Positions 17,937-29,900 of a DNA stretch of 64,000 nucleotides are shown in pieces. The stretch's first letter is position 1; each line of letters opens with the position of its first letter. The stretch comes from an uncultured virus (IMG/VR IMGVR_UViG_3300009182_000047) (Duplodnaviria > Heunggongvirae > Uroviricota > Caudoviricetes): IMG/VR virus record IMGVR_UViG_3300009182_000047, positions 1-64,000 of that record; one strand, written 5' to 3'. The notes under the pieces were generated by a model. It had not been told where the DNA came from, made no database searches, and worked only from the letters and a program-made list of their open reading frames with translations. The position numbers were made by a program, and so were the translations under genes.

Positions 17937-20900
17937 TTAATATCCTTGTAAAGGTTCTCCGTTTTCGTCTGTTAGCGCATTGCTTTCTTCAGTTAGCATG
18001 TTATCTCCACCATAGAAATATATATTAGGTAAGTCAGCTGTTCTAAAACGTAAGAATGTAGCCTGTGTTCCTGTACTTGATAACAATGAAGTCGAAGCAG
18101 TATCTTCCCAGAACTCGCCTTGTCTTTGTACTATTGTAATCCTTGTACCTGCTTTTATTTCTTCAGCAATATTTAATGTAATTTTTGTCGGTTCAATAAA
18201 AGTTAATGGCCATGCTATAGTAATTGCATCTGCAAAGCCAACACCCCAACCATTAAATAGATCATTATGTCCTGAATAAACAACTATATATCGGTGTCCG
18301 CTAGCATCCTGCATAATCCATCCCGGTTGTATCTTCATTGTTTCTGTAGTTTCATGAAACACCCAACCTGATCCATACTGTATATGGCCACCATTTACCA
18401 TTTCAGTAACTAGTACAGTCTTTGGCATATTAATACTAAATTCTGGAGGATATACTATTGTACTTTCTGGAGAATTATAATAAGATATAGATTTATCATG
18501 TACTTCTAAAGAAGTCTTTCTCAGTCTGCGTCCTCCATAATAAACTTCAACTTGATCAACTGCATTAGCTAAGTTGGATAGTATAATTCCTGCTCCAACG
18601 CTAGTGGTTGTATTAACTGAAAAAGTAGCGGTGTTGCCTATTGTACTAATAATATATGTAGTAGCAGTCGACGTAGGAATGTGTTGTACTAAATTACGAT
18701 ACACTGTAGGAATAGATTGCCTAACACTTTGATCGATAACCTTTGTACCAATATCCGAGAACAATGCAGGACCTGTGCCCAATGTGCTTCTTCTCAACTG
18801 ACTTAACACATTTCCATCTTTTTCCAAATATTCGATACGCTCGCCATCGATATAAACAACACCTGGTAAGTTTAATCCAGGATTAGGTTCTAGTAAGTGG
18901 TCTCCATCTTCAACAAATACTCTATCACTATCATATGTCAATGGCTCTGTTAGAGCTGTGCTAAAATATTTTGATATGCGGTGAAAATCTTGTCTATTGA
19001 ACATATCATTGAACAGTCTAAATCCTAAAATTTTATCATCAAAGGTCGGAGGATTTACTGTAACTATCACTATGTCGTCGGTTAATCCCACGTCAATAAA
19101 TTCTGACAATTCAATAGTCTTATAATCATCGAGTAACATGTAATCATAACCACCAATTAATGGTTTGTTGTTAACAGTTACCCATGTATAGCTTTCATTG
19201 ATTGCTGGAAGTGTTAATGTAAATTTTCTAGAGTAATTTCCTTTGAATCGTTCTGTTCTAATCAGCATATTATCGTGATTGGTAAAAGTGGTTACCTTAA
19301 TAGTAGCATCAGAGATAGGCGATGAAAAATACAATGTATCGCCTGCAACCGTGTATTCGTAATCCACCATTGGAGTGATTGCAATAGCATCGCCAGTTCT
19401 GATTGTTGGTACTAAGATTGTTATAGTTTCATTAATTACATTAACTGCGAAATCATATCCCGGACGCAATTCTTTTCCATTTAGGTATACTTTGACATTG
19501 TCTAAACTATATGTGCTCGGACGAGAGTTTTTAGGATCAATTGCAAATGTTGTAATTCCAGATCGAATTTTATAGTAAGTCGCCCACGGAGGAAGCATTC
19601 TGTATCTTCCTGTTGAAGTTATTTTCTCAACAATTATTTCTTCACTTAGTGGTTCAATAATAGTTGGAGGCATCGCTAGTATCATACTAGTGATCGAAGA
19701 AGAAGAAGAAGAAACTGTATTAAATTGTTCATATACTCTGTTAAAAACAGGATATACCGCATCAAAGAACCATGCTTCGAATGTATAAGATCCTGAATTT
19801 AATCCATAAATTTTTACAGAAGCTCGATTGTTAACTAGGCTAACTGGTTCCAAAGTATATCCATAATTATATCCTGGAAGGAGTAGAGGAACCGGATGTC
19901 CGTTTGCAAGAACATAAACACTCTTGACATCGTCTATCATCAATAAACTAGATACCATTGCAGTGCCTGTACCTTCAATTGTAGAAATGTCAACTGCTAT
20001 AAAACTACTATCCATTTTAACATCAGATCCCACAGTGATGAAAGTATATCCAATTTTTGTTATAGCCAGTTGTGCAGGAACAATAATTTCATTTCCAAAA
20101 ATAGCATACTGAGTAGATGAACTAAATGCACCTTCGTTGTCCACTCTGGTATAAGTTATTCCATTTGCATACACTAAAAATCCAGCAGGAGTTGCTGGAA
20201 CATAAGTTAGTTTGGCTCTAGTAGGAACATTAGTAATTGCAGTAAACACACCAGATTGTACCAACGGAGAAGAAGGAGTTCCCACAGTATAGACATTAAT
20301 TCCTAGAGAGTCTCTTACATAGCCTGGAACACATTCTTCTGGTGCGTGACTATCTATTTCATTTAAGAAATTATTACCATCAATTCTAATATCTTCTGCT
20401 TTGTATCCATTAAAATTATCTTGTATATAGGAACCACTAATTAAAGAATCTAAATTACTATATTCAGTATTATAACTATAAAATTCTATTTCAGTAAAAT
20501 CATATAATTTAACATCTACAGTCCCAGATAAAATTGCACCGGTTGCATTTTGTACAGATACAATTGATCTATTATAACCGTCAACTGAATTTGTTACACT
20601 ATACCACACTGTATCAGTACTTGTTGACAATACTTCAGTAGAGTTTAGATACACAGAAGCACGGGCGGTCTGCTCAACAGTAGCAAGGATATTTACAACC
20701 AAATGTGTACTGCTATCAAAAGTAGTAACTGTGTGATCAATTAATTTATTTTTGCTATTAACATAGCTCACATTTTCACTTAATAGATCAAAATATGGAA
20801 AACGGCCACTGAGTGGCATGAGCGGGAGAACAGTTGCCGTGCTGCTTAAAGTAAATTGAGATTTAAATTGAATTTGATTAGTTGTAGCTGCTTCAACATA

Positions 20901-23900
20901 TGCAAATTGATTATATCCAGGGTCCAAACTACCAGCAATGCTACCATACGACTTAAGGGGGCCGCTCAGGTACATATTAGGAGGAATACTATATCCCATT
21001 CCCGGGTTGGTAACTTGTATAATTGTGGCAGTATTTCCATCAAATAGCGGAACAGCAGTAGCTTGAATGCCGCCAGGAAAATCTGGAGGGGCAATTATTA
21101 CTGAAACTGAAGGAATATCTGTGTAGGTATTAACTACAGGTCTGCTTCCTCTAACAAAGTATATAGTTTCAATTCCATATCCGGCAAGACTGTTTACGCC
21201 GTAAATTTTAACTCGATCTCCTTTTGAAATTGCAGTACGGAAAGGATCTTTAGTTTCTATAGTTATAGTAGAACCTTTGGCGGTACCAGTAGACCAAGCA
21301 TAAAAAATTTGTGTATCGACTCGATCTAATGTACTTATATACACGATACCATCTTTGCGTTCTGGAAGTGGACGGTTCACACCTGTAACTACAGTTCCAG
21401 GTTTAAAAATTTGATTATATGTTGAGGTACCAGCAAATCCAATTGATTGTCCTGGAAAAATTCCGTCAATAGATGCTACAGAAAAAGCCTGGGTGGGGAA
21501 ATATAAATCTTGGAGTAATTGTGTTTTAGTATAAGAACTAAGAGTATCTCCCCAGGGCGCAGAGTCAAACCCTGTGCCAGTGCTATCCCAGTTAGGTGTT
21601 TGTTCAAACTTTAATCCTTGGATTTGTGTTCCGGAATATTCAATGCCGTCCATTAGCAACGGTAATTCTTTACCTGGCATCAAATCTGTGGGATTATACA
21701 TTTTGTTAATTCTATCTACAGCATTATATAGGTCAATATTTTTGTTATAGGTAATTTTAAAAACTTGTTCAAAATTAGGAATCTGATTTAAAAATACAAA
21801 TTTGGCATAATGTCTAATATTATCGGGCAAGTTATTAGGCGTAATAGTATTAAAGTATTTGTATCGGTGATCGATCATTCTTTCACCTTCCCAGGAATTT
21901 CTAGGGAATGCTGCGGGAATATTGATACCATCTTTTTCAACTTTTATCTGATAATATTCAATTGTATAATCAGCACTATATACCAATTTTCCATCTACTA
22001 AAGGTGTAATTGTTTTTTTATCCGGGCTAGCAAGCCAAGTTAATGTAAATTTGTTGGTTGTTCCGTCGCATAAAAATTCATCAGTCACTGTTAGATCGAT
22101 TAAGTCACCCGATGAAGAAGTTCTATCAAACTTAATACCAATAAGATTTTTTCTTGTATTAATGTTATCCATTATTACAGATACCCTTGCTACATCAATG
22201 ACAGAACCACCGCCTACAATAGTTGCAAGAGGAGTAGCAGTGTACCCGCTTCCTGGGTTGGTTACAATTACTTTATAAACTTTTCCATTTCTAATGTACG
22301 CTTCAGCTTCGGCACCTGATCCAGAATCTCCAGGAGCCGTGGTAATTACGACCGTGGGTCTTTCACTATATCCCGATCCGGTGTATCCTACTTCAATTGA
22401 ACCAACAAATAATTTATAATTATCGTTCCAATTTTTCCATGGATAATTCATTAATATAGGATCGCCAACATTGACAGTTGTTAAAGAATTAGTCAAAGTA
22501 TTAACATATGCAGGTAAATCAAAATCTGTAATGTTAAGGTTAAAGCCTTCAGATGTTTGACCGTCAACATGACTATATATTGAAGTATAACTACGTATCT
22601 TGGTATGATAAGGTTTTACTTCTTTTATATATTCTTCAAAGTAAGATTCATTGTTTAATTTATAAACAGACGGCTGATCCAGTGATCCTATATTATTTGA
22701 CACATTAATAAAAGAAGTTTTAAATGCCCAGTCTAATAATTTTTGTTCCGTTAGTGCAAATTTAACCGCAGCAAAAAAGAATAAGTTCCAATTAACTTTT
22801 AAATCATTAATAAAAATATTATTTTTTAATGCTAAAAGAATATAGTACAGTTCTTGATCAGGAATTTGATTATACGGAGTTTCTTCAATTGATGCTGCAT
22901 CATATAGATATTTTCCCTTTGTATAATCCCACAACGTGTCAAGCAGTTGAATTGTTCCTAGTTCTCTATATATTATGTCGTATAATGGAATATAATTTCC
23001 TAATCCATTAACTTTCTTTAATATAGCATACCGACCATCGCCTATATTTTTAACTTTGACATACTCGCCGTCGGTAATTGACGTTAACGAACCCAATTCA
23101 GATAGATTAGAAATAGTATAGGTCAAACTTTTATACGAATCAAATTCAGAACTTACCCAATCAACTGCTGTCCAAAATTTTGTAGTGTCGTATTTTTGTG
23201 TTTGAGTTTTTATCCAAGTACGAAACACATAATCAAAAGTGTGTTTAGACCACTTACCGTTAATATCAGAATTAGTTTGAACAATAACAGTATGAGGCCG
23301 TACTGTTGTTTGAACATTAATATCAGTATATCCACTACCTGGATTAATGATTGTTACAGAAATAACTCGACCTTGCGTATCAATAGTTGTTGTTATCTCA
23401 GCAGGCGTTAAAGATGAAGAAATAATATTAATTTTAGGAGCAATACTATAACCAAAACCAGGATTTGTTATGATTACATTTTTTACTTTTCCATTTTCTG
23501 CATAACATTCTAATTCTGCTTGAACATATCTAACTGTATAGATTTCGTTTAATGCATCTAAGTCTTCGACTATTTGATCATATTCGTATGAATATAGTGC
23601 AGGAAGTTCTTCTTTTTTATTAAGATTTTCAAAAGAATAATTTCCCACTATTCTATTTTTTACAAATACTGAATTTATAAAAGAAATTAAATTTCGTAAT
23701 GCAGCAAGTCTGTCTTTAAAGAATGTTTGCTGAGGACGGATTCCGATTCCGTATCTATTTCTATATGTAAGATTTGTACTAGGAACAACATTACCCAAAG
23801 AATCATGTCCTAATAAACTGTCAAATAATTTTTTCTCAAGTAATGTATTAGGAACATTCGTGTGATCTCCTTCGTTTAATAATAACCATTCAGTATGTTT

Positions 23901-26900
23901 GGGAATTATTGAATTTGCATCAGTCGAAATACTGGCATTGATTCTATTCCCAACTAACATAGATTGCACATTGGCAAATGCAACAGCATTAGGCGATATT
24001 ATTTCTATAAACTTTAATCCATTAGCTGTTGGATCTGCAATATAGCTAGCAACTTGATAACTGCTTAATCTTCTATTATTGTTAGGTAATGTTAATTTAT
24101 TCTTTACCCAGAAATAATAAACATTCTCAAAGGAACCAGTGACATTGTTAAACACTTGTTTAACAGAAATAATACTATTATCGGGATACTTAGGTTGACC
24201 GCTGATACCTTTTGTTAGTCCGTTATTTGTGTCAGCTACTGCGGCCCACTCACTAGGTAACATATCAGATTTTACCCATTCATAGACATCAATAGTAGCT
24301 CCTGGGAACATACGTCCCCAATTATTTTTTCTAAATATTTCGTTGCCTTGCTCGTACCACATATATTTGGCAGTACTTAAATCCCACCACAGGTCTCCAA
24401 TATGTTCATCTAACCAGTTTGTCTCATTATTAACAATAGTGCTGGCTAAACCGATAGAGTAGGTAGCAGGATCAAATGCTGCTTTATATTTTAATTCTTG
24501 TTCAGCAATGCCGGCAATCTTGCCTTTTACAGGATCAACAACATCGAGGTAATTGACAATTTCTTCTTTTAAAGTATCAATTAGTGCAACACGGTTAATT
24601 GATGAAACATCGACTGTATCTTCTTGTTCTCTTAATATTTTCCAACTACCGCTAGTAATATCAATCTTATTGAAGATATATAATTTAGATTCGTCAGATA
24701 TCAAAGGCGATGCCGAGTATTGTTGACTAGTCGGAGCTCCAATAATAACTTCATGATTAGTTGCTACAACAGAATTTCCATATCTGCTGCCTTTTAAAAT
24801 AACGGTATCATTTAATTCATCTGCCTGGATAAAATAATTTCCTATTTTATTATAAACATAAACTGTTCCTGCATCTTCAACAGATTCAAAAAACTTGGTA
24901 GAATCGCCGTCAAATGTTGTTTGTCCAACATTGATAGATGCATCATAAACTTGTTTTTTACTTCTATTTTTACCCAATGCACTAATTGCAATAGTAAGTT
25001 CGTCTTTACTGATAGAAATAGAATGACCAAATTTTAAATCATTGGTAGGTAAGGGGTTGCTAATAATTTGATTTAAGACATACATTCCGTTAGTCAATGT
25101 GTAAATTACAACTTTTCCGTACGGGTCATTAGTAGACTTTGTTTCAGGGGCTGATATTAGTAAATATTTTTTTGACTCTGAAAAAGCAATATCGTATCCA
25201 AATTTAGAATTAACACCGAACGGTGAGTTAATTGTTTGCGTATGTGTTAAATTAATATCAAATAATTGAACAACGCCTGTTGATGTAAAATACCCAGGCG
25301 CACTAATTGCAATAGTTGTGCCGTTGAGTGTTCCTGCAACTTTATATCCCCATTGGTTTCCAGCAGACAATGAAATAGATGAAGTTGATACAACCAGAGG
25401 TACTGTATTGGTTAAAGTAAATCCCTTGACAGTTGCAGTAGTCACATTAGTAATTGTATTTGTTATAGCAGTGATTTTATAAGCATACACTGATCCAGGG
25501 CCATTAAAGGATGCGGTACCAGGGGCACTAACTAGCATTGTAGTGGAGCCGGTGGATACTTGATTAATATATATAGAATGGCCAAATCTAGAATTAGCAG
25601 CAGTATCGGCAGTCGTACCGTAAGGATTTACCAATACTAAATCAACATTAATTACACCAAATTCTTCGTCTCTACTGTTTATCTTAACTAAACCTTCCTT
25701 GACAAAAGATTTAATTTCTCCAGATCCCGTACTTAAAATTACGGTACCAGTTCCGATTGTTGTAGACCTAACAAAAGTAGCGTCCGGCGCACCGGCAATA
25801 TATAATTTTTTATTAATGTCGTACTGTAATGAATATCCAAATTGTGTAGAGCTAGTACTACTACAATATTGTTTACTGCTGCTATTTAAAATGTAATCGT
25901 ATTGTCGAGACCACACATTATTAATTTTATTGTAGACTTTAATTCGGCCCCAATTAAATGCATTCTCAAGTCTCCATCCCGGAGCTGATACCAACATAAC
26001 ATCACTGTTATCATTGGCATATATAGAAGAACCAAATTGTTGTCCTAGGGAGGCGGTAGACGCTGCATTAACGGTAGGTGAATAATTTTTAATTTTTTCA
26101 TAAACTTGCCATTTACCATCAATACCAGTATCAATCCAGACTTTGTCTCCCGAGTTTAATTTCAACAAATCTGTAATAGTGCTCAGTTCATCGAGATTGT
26201 TGTACCTGGCGCTGCTAAATGTGAATAAAGAACCATAGTTTAATAGTTCTGCATTTTCAATAGTAGTTAGAGTAGAAGATACTGTAAATTGATTTAATTC
26301 AGATATTGAAGTAACAACATATACTCCATTAACTTGTTGATTAAATCTGACTATAGAAACAATATCTCCTGCTGTTAGATTATGATAACTGTCTGTAACA
26401 AATGTAATTTCGCTACCAGGGGCGCTAACATAAACACCTGTTATCTCTGCTAATTGTTTTACGTATCTATAAACTGTCCAATCACCATTTTCTAAAAAGC
26501 CTAACCATATGGTATCGCCTTCTTTTAAGATATGGTTATTTGCAATATCTAATAAACTATTTTTATTATAAGCCGTTGATGTAATGTCATCTAATCGAAC
26601 ATATCCTGCGGTTGTTAATTTTAAATTATTATCTTCCCATGTTCCTTTATAGGAATCAAATGTATTTGAAGGAACATAATTATTAGGTGTTAGTAGCAAA
26701 GAAGCCGATGTTACATAGTTAACCAAAGGAGCAGTAACAGTCGGAATGCTGTCAGTAAATTTAACGATATAGGGATTTTCTAGAGCAGTGCCCTCTGTTA
26801 AAGGAAATTCAATTTCATTAAATGAGTTGTAGCTCCCATACTGACCTACTCTAAATGCCCATTCTTCTTTAAAGGTAATATTCCCTTTATTTGTATTTTG

Positions 26901-29900
26901 AGCAGCCTTTGATAACTTATCAAGTGCGTTTTTTGTTCCTTTATCTTTAATAAATCCTTGATAGAATTTATACTGACTTATAGAATTAGTAAAAATATTA
27001 TCCAGGTATGTCCTAGGAGTATATCCTGTAAGATGTTGTGCCAACCGCTGCTGACCAAAATCAAAGTTATCAATATCTAAACTGTAAAAGTCTTCAAATT
27101 GATTAATTTTATAATCAAAGTTAGGCAGCAATTGGGGGATTGGCTTGCTCGCCAATTGATCCCACTCTGTAAAATTAAATGTAGGGCTTGCAGATACTTT
27201 GGCCAACGCTTCGTAATATCTGCCATTATATCGAACAACTGTGCCGGGTAAGTAAGTTCCAGAAGCGGACCAATCTATGATTTTAACATTATCAAAAACA
27301 AATCCCGGACTAAACAAATCACCATTCCAATTTTTAGTCCTAAATCCTGATAATTTAATTCTTTGCTGTTTATATCCAGTCTCTACATCATATATAATGT
27401 CGTTAAACATTGTATAATTTTTAAAGACCATGGCATGCTCTTTTTGTACAGAATTAATAGTAGCAAAGAAAAGACCTTCATTGGGATCAGTAGTTTTAAT
27501 TATGCAAACTGTATCTTCCCTAGACATAGTAAAGCTATTAATAGGATATGGTTTTCCATCTGCTTTTAAAAGACTGTATTCGTACTTGCTGGAATTAATA
27601 TCATCTGCTACTGAATTAGGGAAACTATATTTGATATAATTTGCAAAAGGACTTAATGTAATTAAATTGTTTTCGGCCCAATTTTGAGTTGTCCAATACA
27701 AAAATTCTTTACCTGTAAATTTCCAATTTAACATTTCGTTTAAATCGGTACTGAACTCATCAAATATAAATCCTTCAGCTTCAAGGTACGCACCGTATCC
27801 AACAATTATATTATATACTTCTTGTACTGTGGATAATTCAGTGCCGTAAGGGATTTGTGTTATAGTTTTCTCAAAAGAAGATGCTAGTTTTGCTTCGGCG
27901 CCTCCTACAATAGGTAATCCGGGCAAAGGAACATACAATGTAGGATCAAATGTGGATTCAGCAACATGTCCTACTTTAACTCTGTAAAACTTATTGCCGT
28001 ATCTAATAAGTTGACCTTGCTTATAATATCTAGTAGTGGGTCCAGATGCACTTGTTAAATCAACAGAACTTAATCCAGAATTTCCATTGTTAACAACATT
28101 TGACCAATCTGAAAATTCTTCTGATACGCCGCCCACTTTTACTGCACCTGTTGCGGCATTTGAGATAGGGTTAAAAATTTTAAAATATGGATTAGCTACA
28201 TCATATCCTTTAATTACAAAATTACCGTTAGATCTTTGAACAATGATACCAGAAATTCTAGCAGTTTTAATAGGATTGCTTACATTTAATATTAAAGAAT
28301 AATCTTCAGGAGGCAAAACTACACCAGGACTAGTTGATGCAGGATCAATAGAATCAATTGTAATTTGTAATTTTTCCTTGCTAGCAAACCCGCCTAGCTT
28401 GTGGAAAAGATTAGATTCTAAGTAAGTAAGATCTTGTTTTAATACATTGATATAGTTTTGATCTTTCTGATTACCTTTCTCAATAACATAAGATCCATAA
28501 CCTGCAATCATAGAATCTGCATCGCCTTCAATGACCAGCTTTCTAGGATCTAAATAAAGACCAGTGGTAGTGTAAGTTACCTGGCCCAATGGGTTAATGG
28601 TTGTTCTACTGGTGTCATATAACGTAGAACAAAAATTTGTAGGGTCTAATAAGGCGGCAGTAGATATCAATGCAAACGGCCAAGCACTACTATTTCTCCA
28701 TGCATTTTCAGCCGGACCCATATCACCAAATTTCCAACTGGCAAGTTTGTCTTGATAGTTACTTGCCGATACTAAAAACAACTCTGGGCTCTTTAAATTC
28801 CCCAATGCATCTACAGGAATAATATTACTTAACCCTTGACGAACATAATTTGTATCAAAAGTGCCAGTACTTGCGTTATAACCAAGTTCAATATCTGACC
28901 ACATGACCGTATTGGCAGAGGTATATGGAGCCGGTCCATATATATTCTCCCACCAAATTGGTTTGGTTGTTAAACCTAACATTTCCCACGGTCTAATATC
29001 AGGACGCTGGGTATCATAAAAATATCTAAATAAATTCTTAGAGGTACCAGTCACTTCGCTATTAAACCATTTGTCGATACTACCTTTAAAATTCCAGGTC
29101 TTTGAATTACCAGAATCAAATGTAGAATTGGTCTTTACATCAACGTTGTTTATACCTGCCCATCTAGAAAAATCACTAATAAGGATGCTGTTTAAATCTT
29201 CAACAGAATATTTTGTATTTCTAAATGCGCCAGGTTGTATTGCAATAATATCAAATAATTTACTGTTGTATTGAACTTTAATATTATTAAAAATTCGTTG
29301 TTCAAATTCAAGAATAATAGCATCTCTATAATCGCCGTAGGCTTTTATGATACTACCGTCATGCCCTTTAATACATAATGTAGGAACAACATAAGAGGTA
29401 TCTGTATAAATTTCAGGTACTGTTGCAGGATATAGTCCCAATTTACTAGGGGTAGGAGGTACATAACTTCCCAGTGTATTTGGATAACAATTAATAGATA
29501 TAACGTCATTAACTAATAAATCTGTTAAGAAAATAACCGATCCATTAATATAACTAAATGTATAATCTACTCCATATGATTGCTGGACATTGTTCAAATA
29601 AACATTAACTGCTTTAAAACTTAATCTAGTCAGATCAAATTCAAATCCTATAGGATATTCAACATTGTTAATATCTCGAACAGTAAATGTTCTAACTGTT
29701 TTGTTTTGACCATAACCTAACATATCAGAACGCTGATACATTGATTTAATATCTTTGGCTCGATTTAAATTAGTTAAAATAGAATCCACTGCATCAATGG
29801 GAGATGCTTGGTTGTCAATTGCAATTAATGATCTTAAAAAATTCATTTTAAACTGACTATAATGATCGCCAGCTTGTCTAATTGCATCAACTAAATTATG

